Source of the DNA: Fusobacteriota bacterium
GTDB taxonomy: Bacteria > Fusobacteriota > Fusobacteriia > Fusobacteriales > JBNJFI01
Assembly: GCA_051746725.1 (NCBI GenBank)
Contig: JBNJFI010000003.1
Coordinates: 1-64,000, forward strand
Direction of reading: 5' to 3'
Length of the DNA: 64,000 bases
Below, in pieces: positions 52,594 to 62,736 of this stretch (position 1 is its first letter; every line of letters begins with the position of its first letter). Both the position numbers and the translations under genes were made by a program. The notes below the pieces were generated by a model that saw only the letters and a list, made by a program, of their open reading frames with translations, was not told where the DNA came from and made no database searches.

Positions 52594-53442
52594 TTGGATT
52601 TGAAAAATATTAAAAACATATCTTTAAATATTCTCAATGGAATTATAATAGGAGGGGCTAATGTTATTCCAGGTGTTTCAGGAGGGACTTTAGCTTTTAT
52701 TTTAGGAATATATGAACAATTAACTGAGTCAATAGGGGAGTTTTTTCAAAATAAATCAAAGCGAAAAGAATATATAAAATTTTTAGTTCAAATTTCTATT
52801 GGTGGAGTAATAGGGATTTTTTTATTTGCTAAAGTAATTGGTTTTTTATATTCTAATTATTCAGAATTTACTAATTTCTTTTTTGTTGGACTAATAATGT
52901 CTTCAATTCCATTTATAATAAAATCAAATAAAAACATGGAAATAACGAAAGGGAAGTTTCTTTCTTTTTTGATAGGATTTTCTATAATAATTTTAATTAG
53001 TTATTCTAAATCAGATAATACTGATATGATACATGCAAAAAATCCAGATTTTATAATTGATAATTTATATTTGCTGAAATTATTTTTTTGTGGTTGGATT
53101 GCAGCTGGAGCAATGGTTATACCTGGAATTTCTGGATCTTTGTTATTGATTTTACTAGGTGAATATCAAAATATAATTTATTTTGTGAATTCTAGAAAAT
53201 TTATTCCGATAATATTTATAGCTATAGGAGCAATCTTTGGAGTTTTATTTTTAGCTAAAATAATTGATAAATTATTAAAAAATCATCATTCATTAACCTT
53301 GTATTTTATAATAGGTCTTATAATTGCTTCTATTGGAGAAATATGGCCTAAAAATATAAATTGGGGTATTAATATATTTTTTGATATTATTTTGGTTCTT
53401 GTTGGTTTTGGAGTGGCATATTTATTAGAAAACCTAAATTAA
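52594..53442 (+). CDS. DUF368 membrane protein (undecaprenyl-phosphate translocase family)
   Basis: Two IPG.SG(G/S) motifs; multi-TM. Confidence 0.88.
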   Translation: MDLKNIKNISLNILNGIIIGGANVIPGVSGGTLAFILGIYEQLTESIGEFFQNKSKRKEYIKFLVQISIGGVIGIFLFAKVIGFLYSNYSEFTNFFFVGLIMSSIPFIIKSNKNMEITKGKFLSFLIGFSIIILISYSKSDNTDMIHAKNPDFIIDNLYLLKLFFCGWIAAGAMVIPGISGSLLLILLGEYQNIIYFVNSRKFIPIIFIAIGAIFGVLFLAKIIDKLLKNHHSLTLYFIIGLIIASIGEIWPKNINWGINIFFDIILVLVGFGVAYLLENLN

Positions 53443-53453
53443 AAGGAGGAAGT

Positions 53454-53867
53454 ATGAAACTTTTTAATAATAATATAACAGCTTTGGAAAAAAGTTTAGA
53501 TGCATATTCTAAAAGATCAGACTTATTAGCAAATAATATAGCAAACGTAAATACTCCTAATTACAAAAGACAGGATATTCAATTTGAGAATATATTAAGT
53601 GATGCCATTTCTTCTGATGAAGGAGCCACTATTTCGGGAAATGTAACTCAAAAAGGACATATTTCTATAAATCCAGAAACAAATTTAGAAAATGTTAAAC
53701 CAAAATTAATTACAGAGCAAAACACAAAGATGCGAAATGATAAAAATAACGTAGATATTGAAAAAGAGCAGGCAGAATTTGCAAAGAATAATATCCGATA
53801 TAAATTTGCAACAGGAAGATTAACTCAGGAATTTAGAATATTAAATACAGTAATTAAAACTAAATAA
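53454..53867 (+). CDS. flgB: Flagellar basal-body rod protein FlgB
   Basis: LANNIANVNTPNYK, RND.NNVDIE. Confidence 0.93.
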   Translation: MKLFNNNITALEKSLDAYSKRSDLLANNIANVNTPNYKRQDIQFENILSDAISSDEGATISGNVTQKGHISINPETNLENVKPKLITEQNTKMRNDKNNVDIEKEQAEFAKNNIRYKFATGRLTQEFRILNTVIKTK

Positions 53868-53892
53868 TTCTTTTGAAAAGGTGGTGATCTAA

Positions 53893-54336
53893 GTGGGAGT
53901 TTTTGATATGATGAATATAAGCTCATCAGGTTTAACTGCAGAAAGATTGAGAATGGATGTAATATCTGAGAATATTGCAAATGCTGATACCACAGTGACA
54001 GAAAGTGGAGAACCTTATAGAAAAAAAAATGTGGTTTTTGAGCAAAGAACTAAAAAAAGTTTTCAAATTCCAATGAATGATAATTCTTCTAAGGAAATGC
54101 AAGTAGGAAATGGTGTTCGAGTAAAAAAAATAGTTGAGGACAAGTCTCCTTTCAAAAAAGAATACAATCCAGGACATCCCAATGCAAATGAAGATGGATA
54201 TGTAATGAAACCGAATGTTAGTGTAGTAAAAGAAATGACTGATATGATTACAGCTAGTAGAGCTTATGAAGCAAATGTAACAGTATTAAATAATGCAAAG
54301 GGAATGGCTAACGCGGCTTTGAATATAGGTAAATAA
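53893..54336 (+). CDS. flgC: Flagellar basal-body rod protein FlgC
   Basis: SGLTAERLRMDVISENIANA, PYRKK, YNPGHP.A, SRAYEAN. Confidence 0.95.
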   Translation: MGVFDMMNISSSGLTAERLRMDVISENIANADTTVTESGEPYRKKNVVFEQRTKKSFQIPMNDNSSKEMQVGNGVRVKKIVEDKSPFKKEYNPGHPNANEDGYVMKPNVSVVKEMTDMITASRAYEANVTVLNNAKGMANAALNIGK

Positions 54337-54377
54337 ATAATAATAGGTTTTATAAAAAGTAGGGGGGATAAGATCTA

Positions 54378-54668
54378 ATGAAGATAAACAACCTTGGAAT
54401 TCAGGACCTAGTAAAATTAAATCAAAAAAAGAACGTTAAAAAAAATGATGAAAATTTTGGTGATATTTTAAATAATGAATTAGAAAGTGCTAATAATTTG
54501 AAAAAATCGGCAAATAAGGCCAATCAAGCATTTCTAACTGGAAAATCTAATAACTTACATGAAGTGATGATTGCAGGGCAGAAAGCTGAAACCGCAATCT
54601 CTTTTGTGGTTGAAGTAAAAAATAGAATTGTAGATGCATATAAGGAATTTGCAAGAATGCAAGTTTAA
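54378..54668 (+). CDS. fliE: Flagellar hook-basal body protein FliE
   Basis: LHEVMIA.QKA...EVKNRIVDAYKE..RMQV. Confidence 0.93.
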   Translation: MKINNLGIQDLVKLNQKKNVKKNDENFGDILNNELESANNLKKSANKANQAFLTGKSNNLHEVMIAGQKAETAISFVVEVKNRIVDAYKEFARMQV

Positions 54669-54682
54669 TTTGGAGGAGTTAA

Positions 54683-56278
54683 ATGGAATGGTTTGAGAAG
54701 ATAAAAAAAAGTTTTTTAGAAATATGGAATAAACTAAATAAAGCTCAAAAGATCATAATTTCTGCTGGGGTAGGATTATTTTTAATTTTTGTAATTATTT
54801 TATCTATAGCTTCTAACCGAGTAAATTATGTTCCTTTGTTTACAGAATTAACAGCACAAGATGCAGCTAAAGTAAGGGAAAATTTGGATAAATCAGGGAT
54901 ACCATATAAATTTTCTGGTTCAACAATTGAAGTTCCAGAGGAGCAGAAATATTCGGCAAGACTGGACTTAGCTAGAGATGGTGCTCTGCCTACAGGGGGA
55001 AGTGTAGGATTTGAAATTTTTGATAATACTAAAATAGGAGCTACAAAATTTGATAAAGAGATGATGTTTTTGCGGGCTCAAAAAGGAGAACTAGAAAAAA
55101 CTATATCTAATTTGAGTAAAATAAAGCGAACTTCTGTGACAATAACACCTTCCAATGGATCAGTTTTTGCAGAAGAAAAGACTGATGCTAAAGCATCGAT
55201 TTTAGTTCAATTAGAACCATTTGAATCTTTGAAACCTGAGAACGTTAAAAGTATTATGTTATTGGCTTTAAGTGCAGTTGAAGATCTTCATACAGATAAT
55301 ATAGAGGTTATTGATACAGAAGGAAATGTTTTATCTGATCAGGTTGAGTTTGAAGAAGATAGCAGTGTTGAAGCTTCTAATAAAAAGTTAGATTTACAAA
55401 AAAATATAGAAAAAGAGTTAGAAAGAAATATCAAAGGAGTTTTAAGTGCTCTTGGTGGTGGGAATTATAGGGTGAAAGTTTCAGCAGAACTGGATTTTGA
55501 TAAACAATCTATGGTCAAAGAAGAATATACTACCCCTACTATATCTGGAGATCAAATAGCTCAAGGTTTAATTCGGAGTCAACAGGTTGAAAAAGAGGAA
55601 GTTAGAAGTGATACAGATGAGAATTCTCAAGGAGTTCCTGGGACTGATTCCAATGTCCCTGGGTATGTAGGTGAAGATTCTGAAGATGGAGAAAACGGAT
55701 ACTCTAAAGAAAAAAACACAGTAAACTATGAGATGAATAAAACTAACACAACTTTTGAAAAATCAACAGGTGTCATAAAAAGATTAACAACCTCAATAGT
55801 TTTAAACAAAAAAGCAAATTATTTTAATAATAGCGAATTTACTGAGGAAGTAAAAGTAAATTTTGAAAATATGGTAAAAAATGCAATAAATTTTAATGAA
55901 AATAGAGGAGATTCAATTAATGTTACAGCTATAGAATTTAATACTGAAACAATAGATAGATTTCAAGAAGAGATTGAAAGTAGAGAAAAATTACAACAAA
56001 GGATATTGCTTGGTGTAGTTATAATAATTGGGTTAGCTGTTTTATTTGGATTAATTACATTTATTAGAAGAAAAATTGCTGAAAAGAAATTAAGAGAAAG
56101 AGAGAAACGTGAAATGGAAGAGATGATTCCAGACTTTGAAACAGAAGGAATATTAGGCGAACAGTTATCCGTTGAAGAGCAAGAACGAAAAGAACAAGAA
56201 GAAGGTATAAAAGGATTAGCAAAAAAACAACCAGAAGATGTTGCTAATTTAATACAAACGTGGTTGACTGAAGAATAA
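54683..56278 (+). CDS. fliF: Flagellar MS-ring protein FliF
   Basis: Two TM segments, GFEIFD, GELEKTI, KASI, GVPG..SN.P, RGDSI.V, C-terminal W. Confidence 0.94.
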   Translation: MEWFEKIKKSFLEIWNKLNKAQKIIISAGVGLFLIFVIILSIASNRVNYVPLFTELTAQDAAKVRENLDKSGIPYKFSGSTIEVPEEQKYSARLDLARDGALPTGGSVGFEIFDNTKIGATKFDKEMMFLRAQKGELEKTISNLSKIKRTSVTITPSNGSVFAEEKTDAKASILVQLEPFESLKPENVKSIMLLALSAVEDLHTDNIEVIDTEGNVLSDQVEFEEDSSVEASNKKLDLQKNIEKELERNIKGVLSALGGGNYRVKVSAELDFDKQSMVKEEYTTPTISGDQIAQGLIRSQQVEKEEVRSDTDENSQGVPGTDSNVPGYVGEDSEDGENGYSKEKNTVNYEMNKTNTTFEKSTGVIKRLTTSIVLNKKANYFNNSEFTEEVKVNFENMVKNAINFNENRGDSINVTAIEFNTETIDRFQEEIESREKLQQRILLGVVIIIGLAVLFGLITFIRRKIAEKKLREREKREMEEMIPDFETEGILGEQLSVEEQERKEQEEGIKGLAKKQPEDVANLIQTWLTEE

Positions 56279-56295
56279 GGAAATGGAGTGAAATT

Positions 56296-57309
56296 ATGGC
56301 AAAAAAGAATGATACTCTAACAGGAAAACAAAAATCCGCAATATTATTGATATCATTAGGTCAGGATATTGCTTCTGAAGTTTTTAAACACTTAGAGGAA
56401 GATCAAATAGAACAATTAACATTAGAAATTGCAAGATTACATAAAATTGACTCTGAAACAAAAGATAAAGTTTTTGAAGAATTTAATGAATTAATGGTTG
56501 CTCAACAATATATTTCTCAAGGTGGAATAAGTTATGCTAAAGATATTTTAGAAAAAGCCATGGGAGAAGATAGAGCTTTAAGTGTAATAAAAAAATTAAC
56601 TAGTTCTCTTCAAGTTAAACCATTTGATTTTATTCAAAGAACCGAATCAAGACAGATTTTAAACTTTATATCTGGAGAACATCCGCAAACAATTGCTCTG
56701 ATAATTTCTTATCTATCAGCTGAAAAGGCTGCTCAGATAATATCGGAAATACCTGAGGATAAACAATCTGAAATTGCTAAAAGGATTGCATTAATGGATA
56801 GAACTTCTCCCGAAATGATCCGTGAAGTGGAAAGAGTATTGGAAAGAAAAATTTCATCTATTGCTGGAGAAGATTATACTTCAACAGGTGGCTTAGAATC
56901 AGTTGTTGATATATTGAATAATGTAGATAGAGGAACGGAAAAAACTATTTTGGAATCTCTAGAAGATCAAGAGCCAGAATTAGCAGAAGAAATCAAAAAA
57001 CAGATGTTTGTATTTGAAGATATCACTTTATTGGATGATCCTGGAATTCAACTTGTATTACGTAAGGTAGAAAATAAAGATCTTTCGCTAGCTCTTAAAG
57101 GCTCTAGTGAGGAAGTTAAAGAAAAAATACTTGCAAATATGTCCAAGAATGCGTCTGAAAGGCTTAGAGATGACATGGAATATATGGGTCCTGTGAGAGT
57201 TAAAGATGTAGAAGAAGCTCAACAAAAAATTGTAAATTCTATCAGAAAATTAGAAGATCAGGGTGAAATCGTTATTGCAAGAGGAAATGAGGATGAGATG
57301 ATTGTTTAA
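56296..57309 (+). CDS. fliG: Flagellar motor switch protein FliG
   Basis: EHPQTIAL, GGxx, MFVFED, GPVR..DVE.AQ. Confidence 0.96.
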   Translation: MAKKNDTLTGKQKSAILLISLGQDIASEVFKHLEEDQIEQLTLEIARLHKIDSETKDKVFEEFNELMVAQQYISQGGISYAKDILEKAMGEDRALSVIKKLTSSLQVKPFDFIQRTESRQILNFISGEHPQTIALIISYLSAEKAAQIISEIPEDKQSEIAKRIALMDRTSPEMIREVERVLERKISSIAGEDYTSTGGLESVVDILNNVDRGTEKTILESLEDQEPELAEEIKKQMFVFEDITLLDDPGIQLVLRKVENKDLSLALKGSSEEVKEKILANMSKNASERLRDDMEYMGPVRVKDVEEAQQKIVNSIRKLEDQGEIVIARGNEDEMIV

Positions 57310-58117
57310 TGTAATTAAAGGGGAACTTGTAAAAACATCAGATCCTGTAATGATAAAAAATGGTAAAAAACAAGAAGTTGATAAAGAGAAAAATGATAGA
57401 GAAAAAGAAAAAACAATAGATAAACTACAAAGGAAAATAGAAAAAAAAGAAAAAGAGTTAAAGGAAAAGTCAAAAAAGCTTTCAGAAATAGAAAAACAAA
57501 TTTCTAATAAAACACAAGAAAATCAAAAAAAAGCTCAGCAAATATTAGATGATGCCCAAGAAAAAATTAAGTATGAAAAAGAGGTCAATCAAAAAAGGGG
57601 ATATCAAGATGGATATCAAGAAGGAATAAAAAAAGGAGAAGAAGAAGTAATAGAAAAGGGACAACAATTATTTATCCGCGCTCAATCTATAATAGATGAA
57701 GCGCTAAATATAAAGAAAAAGGTTTTAGAAGATAACAGTAAAGACATTTTAGAACTGGCACTAAAAATTGCAAAAAAGATAATAAAAAAAGAAGTAGAAA
57801 AAGATCGAGATATAGTTCAAAGGAATTTAGATGAAGCTATAAAGAAAATCCCTATAAGTAAAAAAATAACTATAATTTTAAATTGGGAAGATTTAGAGTA
57901 TATTAAAGAAATCAAAGATGATTTGATTTCTAAGATACAAGGAGTAGATGAAATTGATATCACAGAGGATCCATCTTTAAATAAAGGAGGCTGCATTTTG
58001 GAAACGAGCATTGGGACTATTGATGCTTCAATTAATTCTCAAATGGAAATTTTATATAATAAATTATTAAATATAGAAAAAAATGAAAATAAGAAAACTG
58101 AGGATGGAAGTGAATAA
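57302..58117 (+). CDS. fliH: Flagellar export ATPase regulator FliH
   Basis: GxxxG repeats (GYQDGYQEGIKKG), GGCILET..G.IDA; between fliG and fliI. Confidence 0.88.
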   Translation: MFNVIKGELVKTSDPVMIKNGKKQEVDKEKNDREKEKTIDKLQRKIEKKEKELKEKSKKLSEIEKQISNKTQENQKKAQQILDDAQEKIKYEKEVNQKRGYQDGYQEGIKKGEEEVIEKGQQLFIRAQSIIDEALNIKKKVLEDNSKDILELALKIAKKIIKKEVEKDRDIVQRNLDEAIKKIPISKKITIILNWEDLEYIKEIKDDLISKIQGVDEIDITEDPSLNKGGCILETSIGTIDASINSQMEILYNKLLNIEKNENKKTEDGSE

Positions 58118-58120
58118 TAC

Positions 58121-59434
58121 TTGGATATTACAAAATATATTAAGGCTATTGAAGAGATAGATACAATTCATATGAATGGAAAAGTTGTAAGAGTCATAGG
58201 ATTAATAATAGAATCAGAAGGACCAATAGTGAAACTTGGAGAACATTGTTATATTAAAATGTTAAATAAAGATGAACATATTGATGCTGAAGTAGTTGGG
58301 TTTAGCTCGGACAAAATATTACTTATGCCACTGGGAGAAATGACCGGTATAGGTCACGGGTGTGAAGTCGTAGCTACAGGAAAACAACTTCAGATACCAG
58401 TTAGTGAAAAATTACTAGGAAGAGTGCTAGATGGTTTAGGTAGACCTATAGATAGCAAAGGACAAATAATGACATCTGATACTGCAAAATTGGAAAGCCC
58501 TCCTCCTAATCCTTTGGATAGAGATAGAATTTCTAAACCATTATCGATAGGAGTAAAAGCTATTGATGGATTATTAACCTGTGGAAAAGGTCAAAGATTA
58601 GGTATTTTTGCAGGAAGTGGTGTTGGAAAAAGTACATTACTTGGGATGATTGCAAGAAATAGCTCGGCAGATATAAATGTAATAGGATTGATTGGAGAGA
58701 GAGGCCGAGAAGTGCGTGAGTTTATTGAAAAAGATTTAGGAGAAGAAGGATTAAAAAAATCAGTAGTGGTAGTAGCGACTTCCGATCAGCCTGCATTAGT
58801 GAGATTAAAGGGAGCTTTAACAGCAACTGCAATTGCGGAGTATTTTAGAGATCAAGGAAAAGATGTTATGCTAATGATGGATTCACTAACAAGATTTGCA
58901 ATGGCACAGAGAGAAGTGGGGCTTGCTACAGGAGAGCCTCCAACAACTAAAGGTTATACTCCATCGGTATTTGCTTTACTTCCTAAGTTACTAGAAAGGA
59001 GCGGAAATTCTGATAAGGGAACTATTACTGGATTATATACTGTTTTAGTGGAAGGTGATGATATGGATGAGCCTATTGCTGATGCTGTTAGAGGTATTTT
59101 AGATGGACATATTGTTTTATCAAGAAAGTTAGCTTCAAAAGGACACTATCCTGCTATAGATGTATTAGAAAGTGTTTCTAGAGTCATGCCACAGATAATA
59201 TCAGATGAACATTTAAAAAATTCTCAACAAATACGAGAAATATTAGCTAATTATGATGAAGTTGAGGATCTTTTGAATATAGGAGCTTATCAAAAAGGGA
59301 ATAATCCCAAGGCAGATTATGCTGTTGAAAATATTGGAAAAGTAAAGAATTTTTTAACTCAAGATGTAATGAAAAAAACTGAATTAAATGATACAGAGGA
59401 TAAGATGAATAAATTATTAAAAAAAGAGGAGTAG
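58121..59434 (+). CDS. fliI: Flagellar export ATPase FliI
   Basis: GSGVGKS, GERGRE, MDSLTRFA, DGHIVLSR; TTG start. Confidence 0.96.
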   Translation: MDITKYIKAIEEIDTIHMNGKVVRVIGLIIESEGPIVKLGEHCYIKMLNKDEHIDAEVVGFSSDKILLMPLGEMTGIGHGCEVVATGKQLQIPVSEKLLGRVLDGLGRPIDSKGQIMTSDTAKLESPPPNPLDRDRISKPLSIGVKAIDGLLTCGKGQRLGIFAGSGVGKSTLLGMIARNSSADINVIGLIGERGREVREFIEKDLGEEGLKKSVVVVATSDQPALVRLKGALTATAIAEYFRDQGKDVMLMMDSLTRFAMAQREVGLATGEPPTTKGYTPSVFALLPKLLERSGNSDKGTITGLYTVLVEGDDMDEPIADAVRGILDGHIVLSRKLASKGHYPAIDVLESVSRVMPQIISDEHLKNSQQIREILANYDEVEDLLNIGAYQKGNNPKADYAVENIGKVKNFLTQDVMKKTELNDTEDKMNKLLKKEE

Positions 59435-59437
59435 ATT

Positions 59438-61336
59438 ATGAAAAAAATCATGTTAGGAATAGCTTTAGTGTTTTTTATATTTGGATGTAGTAATGACCCA
59501 ATAACAACTAAAGAACAGGTAAAACAAGTAAATCAGAAAGATAATTTATCCCAAAATGAATATAAAGAACTTATAGATATATTTAGAGGTGAAAATTATG
59601 AGCAGGATTTAAGATTGCTAGCTATGAATACACTAAAGAATCATAATTATCCTAAAATGAAAGAATTAATTGAAAATTCTTTGAAAAGTTCTAATAATAA
59701 ATTAAAATCTGAATTAATAGAGGAAAGCTTAAATTATGATAATTTTGATTATGAAAAAAAAATAAAAAATGAAATATTGTATAAATTAATTGAAAATAAA
59801 AATTATAAAGATTTTTTTAGAATATATTCCAATGAAGAATTGGATCTGACTCATGAACAACTGAAGAAGTTATTTGAAAATGTCGCTTTCAAAAAAGATC
59901 TAAAAAATATACTAAACTTAATTAATTTTAATAAAGATTATGAGATATTTTTTGAAAGTTTAAATAAATATTTTGATTTAACATATGATTACTTTGAAAC
60001 CTTAGATCATGAATGGTTAAGACGATCTTTATCTAACAATTTTAAATTATTAGATAACTATATTTCTAAAATTAATGAAGAAAATTATGAAAAATATAAA
60101 ACTTTTTTGTTAAAAGGCATAAATAGTCTATCGAGAAATAATCAAAAAAGATTAGCAGACTTGATATGTAAATATGACTCTCCAAAGGAGTTTTTATTAT
60201 CAGACAACTATTTTTTGCAGAAAAAAGCCATTGGAGAATTTGGACGTAAAGAAAGTTTAAAATTTTATAATAATATACAAAATGATAGTTATGAAAAATA
60301 TAGAGGATTAATATTATTAGGAGAAGCCGAATACGAAGATGTTTTAACAGCATTTCGAAAAAACAATGAAATTGAATACCTTAGTTTAATTATTTTTTTA
60401 AGTAGTGAAAATATAGAAGAAATTTTAGAAAAGTCTCTTCATAAATTATCATTAGCTGAAAAAAAACAAGCAATTAAAATGATGCATAATAGCAAAATTG
60501 ATGATCAAAAATTAGCAGAAGTATTATTTATTGCTTTAGATATAGAAGAAAATATAGAGGCTAGAATTATATATGAAAGTGTAATTTTAGAAATTAGTCC
60601 TGATAATCTTCTAAGATTATTTAGAAAAATAATGATGGAAGATAAGTATTCGAATTTAGAAAAATCTAATATAATGCAATATTTAGTTAATATAGAAAAT
60701 GAAAATTTAAAATCTAGATTATTAAAAATTGGAGAGCATAACATATATTCTTTGACTCGAGAAAAAGAAGATGAGATACTATTATTATCTAAAAAAGTTA
60801 AATTATGGAAAGATTATTTATCTGAAATTCCAAATAGTTCTTATGAAAGCGAGATCCAAAATAAGATACAAAAATATAAATCAAGATTAGAAGATATCAA
60901 AAAAGAAATTGATCTATCAACTAACATAAATCATCTTGATGAAAAAATATTTGAACTTCAAGAATCGATTTTCAATGAAGAAGATACAAAGAAGAAAAAG
61001 GTCTATAGATCGCAACTAGAACAACTAAAGTTGGAAAAAGAAAAATATTTAAAAAAGAAAAATCAGTCAATAGAAGAAAGACTAGAAAATTTAGAAGAAG
61101 AGTATATATATTATAAAGAAAAAGTTAGTGGAATAAATCAGGAAATATATTACGCAAGAATCGAAGAAGATGAAGAACTATTAGATAGCTTGAAAAAACA
61201 AAAAACAAAAAATATGATTAAAATGCAAACCAGTCTAGAAAAATTAAGATATTTATATGGAGAATATTTAGAAACAGATATTGATCCAATGGAAATATTA
61301 GATCTTGATACTATTAATGCGTTAAAAGGAAGATAA
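59438..61336 (+). CDS. Hypothetical lipoprotein (632 aa), helical with a C-terminal coiled coil
   Basis: MKK + hydrophobic + FIFG-C lipobox; SD GAGGAG; 3 bp after fliI and abutting fliJ. Confidence 0.7.
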   Translation: MKKIMLGIALVFFIFGCSNDPITTKEQVKQVNQKDNLSQNEYKELIDIFRGENYEQDLRLLAMNTLKNHNYPKMKELIENSLKSSNNKLKSELIEESLNYDNFDYEKKIKNEILYKLIENKNYKDFFRIYSNEELDLTHEQLKKLFENVAFKKDLKNILNLINFNKDYEIFFESLNKYFDLTYDYFETLDHEWLRRSLSNNFKLLDNYISKINEENYEKYKTFLLKGINSLSRNNQKRLADLICKYDSPKEFLLSDNYFLQKKAIGEFGRKESLKFYNNIQNDSYEKYRGLILLGEAEYEDVLTAFRKNNEIEYLSLIIFLSSENIEEILEKSLHKLSLAEKKQAIKMMHNSKIDDQKLAEVLFIALDIEENIEARIIYESVILEISPDNLLRLFRKIMMEDKYSNLEKSNIMQYLVNIENENLKSRLLKIGEHNIYSLTREKEDEILLLSKKVKLWKDYLSEIPNSSYESEIQNKIQKYKSRLEDIKKEIDLSTNINHLDEKIFELQESIFNEEDTKKKKVYRSQLEQLKLEKEKYLKKKNQSIEERLENLEEEYIYYKEKVSGINQEIYYARIEEDEELLDSLKKQKTKNMIKMQTSLEKLRYLYGEYLETDIDPMEILDLDTINALKGR

Positions 61337-61783
61337 ATGTTCAAATTTAAATATTCAAAGGCATTAGAAATTAAAGAGAAAAAAAAGAAAAAAACCAGAC
61401 TTGAGTTAGAAAAGATTAATTCTAAGTTACTAAAGGAGAAATCTAAACTAAAAAATAACAAAATGGAATATCAAAATTATTTAAAAAAATCTAAAAAATT
61501 AAAAAAAGGAAAACTTGATATTCAATCTTTAAAACAAGGTGAAAATGTAAGAAAAAGATATAAAAAAGAGAATTTAAGGATTACAAACGAAATAAATAAG
61601 TTAGATAAAAAATATTCTGAGGTAAAGGAAAAACTAATTAAAGCCAATAAAGAAGAAAAAATATTTAAAAAATTAAAAGAAAAAGATTATAATAAGTATA
61701 AAGAAAAACAGAAAAAGAAAGAACAAACTTTTTTGGATGAAATAAATACAAGTAAATATAATAGGAGTAATGACAATGGCTAA
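61337..61783 (+). CDS. fliJ: Flagellar export protein FliJ
   Basis: FKFKY..L.IK N-terminus, coiled coil, KLKEK...EQ..LDE C-terminus; position. Confidence 0.8.
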   Translation: MFKFKYSKALEIKEKKKKKTRLELEKINSKLLKEKSKLKNNKMEYQNYLKKSKKLKKGKLDIQSLKQGENVRKRYKKENLRITNEINKLDKKYSEVKEKLIKANKEEKIFKKLKEKDYNKYKEKQKKKEQTFLDEINTSKYNRSNDNG

Positions 61784-62417
61784 AAATAAAAAAGGTTATT
61801 TTTTATATACAATATTTTTGTTTATTATGTTTATAATAACACTATTAAGTGCAGTTGTGTTTTTAGATATAATAGGTATATTAAATATAGGAAATTCAAT
61901 TCCTGCTGATTCATCAGTGGGAAGATTGCCATATGTTGGACAATATTTAAAATATAGCCGAACTTTACATATGTCAGAAGAAGATAGGTTAGAAGCTAGA
62001 ACTTCACAATATCAAGAGATATTAGAAACTCAAAAAAGAAAACTAATCATCCAAGAAGAAAATCTAAAGGAACTAAAGGCAGAAATACAAGAAAGGTCCA
62101 AAGAATTAGATGAAAAGGAAAAAGAACTAAAAGAAAGAGAAGAAGAACTAGAAGAAAGTCAAAAAGAATTAGAAGAATTTAAATTTGATTATGAGGCCAA
62201 GGAAGAAAATATAAATAAATTTGCTCAAATTTATTCTGAGATGGAGGCTGAAAAAGCGGCCAATATAATGAAAAATATAGATAATGAAATTGTAGCTAAA
62301 GTTTTAGAGAATATGGATACAGAGAATATTGCACCAATTTTAGAATTTTTATCGGATATTGATATGGAAAAAACTAAAAATATAACTGAAATGATGACTA
62401 GTAAAGAGGGAGAATGA
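61770..62417 (+). CDS. FlbB/YlxF/MotE-like flagellar protein (TM, coiled coil, MgtE_N-like C-terminus)
   Basis: N-terminal TM ending FLDIIG, acidic coiled coil, IY..M.AEKAA.I...D...VA..L..M; follows fliJ. Confidence 0.75.
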   Translation: MTMAKNKKGYFLYTIFLFIMFIITLLSAVVFLDIIGILNIGNSIPADSSVGRLPYVGQYLKYSRTLHMSEEDRLEARTSQYQEILETQKRKLIIQEENLKELKAEIQERSKELDEKEKELKEREEELEESQKELEEFKFDYEAKEENINKFAQIYSEMEAEKAANIMKNIDNEIVAKVLENMDTENIAPILEFLSDIDMEKTKNITEMMTSKEGE

Positions 62418-62418
62418 A

Positions 62419-62736
62419 ATGAATACTAAACAAAAAAAACTTTTTATAATATTAAATATTTTAATAGTTATATTTGTTATCCATATTGCTTTTGATACGT
62501 TATTGATATATAAAGATTTGAGAAATAACAAAATTACCATAGAAAAGAAACAACAAAATATAAAAAAATTGGAGGAGAGAAAAGAAAATTTAGAAAAAAA
62601 TTTGAAAAATATCAAGAAATTAGATATAATGGAAGAGATAGCACGGGAAAAATTATATATGGTTAAAGAAAACGAAAAAATTTATCGTGTTTTGAAAACA
62701 AAAAAAGAAGATTCTGAAGGGAGAGAAAAAAGGTAA
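62419..62736 (+). CDS. Septum formation initiator (FtsB/DivIC family)
   Basis: TM, coiled coil, EEIAREKL.MVK..E..Y. Confidence 0.85.
   Translation: MNTKQKKLFIILNILIVIFVIHIAFDTLLIYKDLRNNKITIEKKQQNIKKLEERKENLEKNLKNIKKLDIMEEIAREKLYMVKENEKIYRVLKTKKEDSEGREKR

Noticed and set aside
54683..59434. Could be a non-flagellar type III injectisome
   Set aside because: flgB, flgC, fliE and full-length fliG mark it as flagellar
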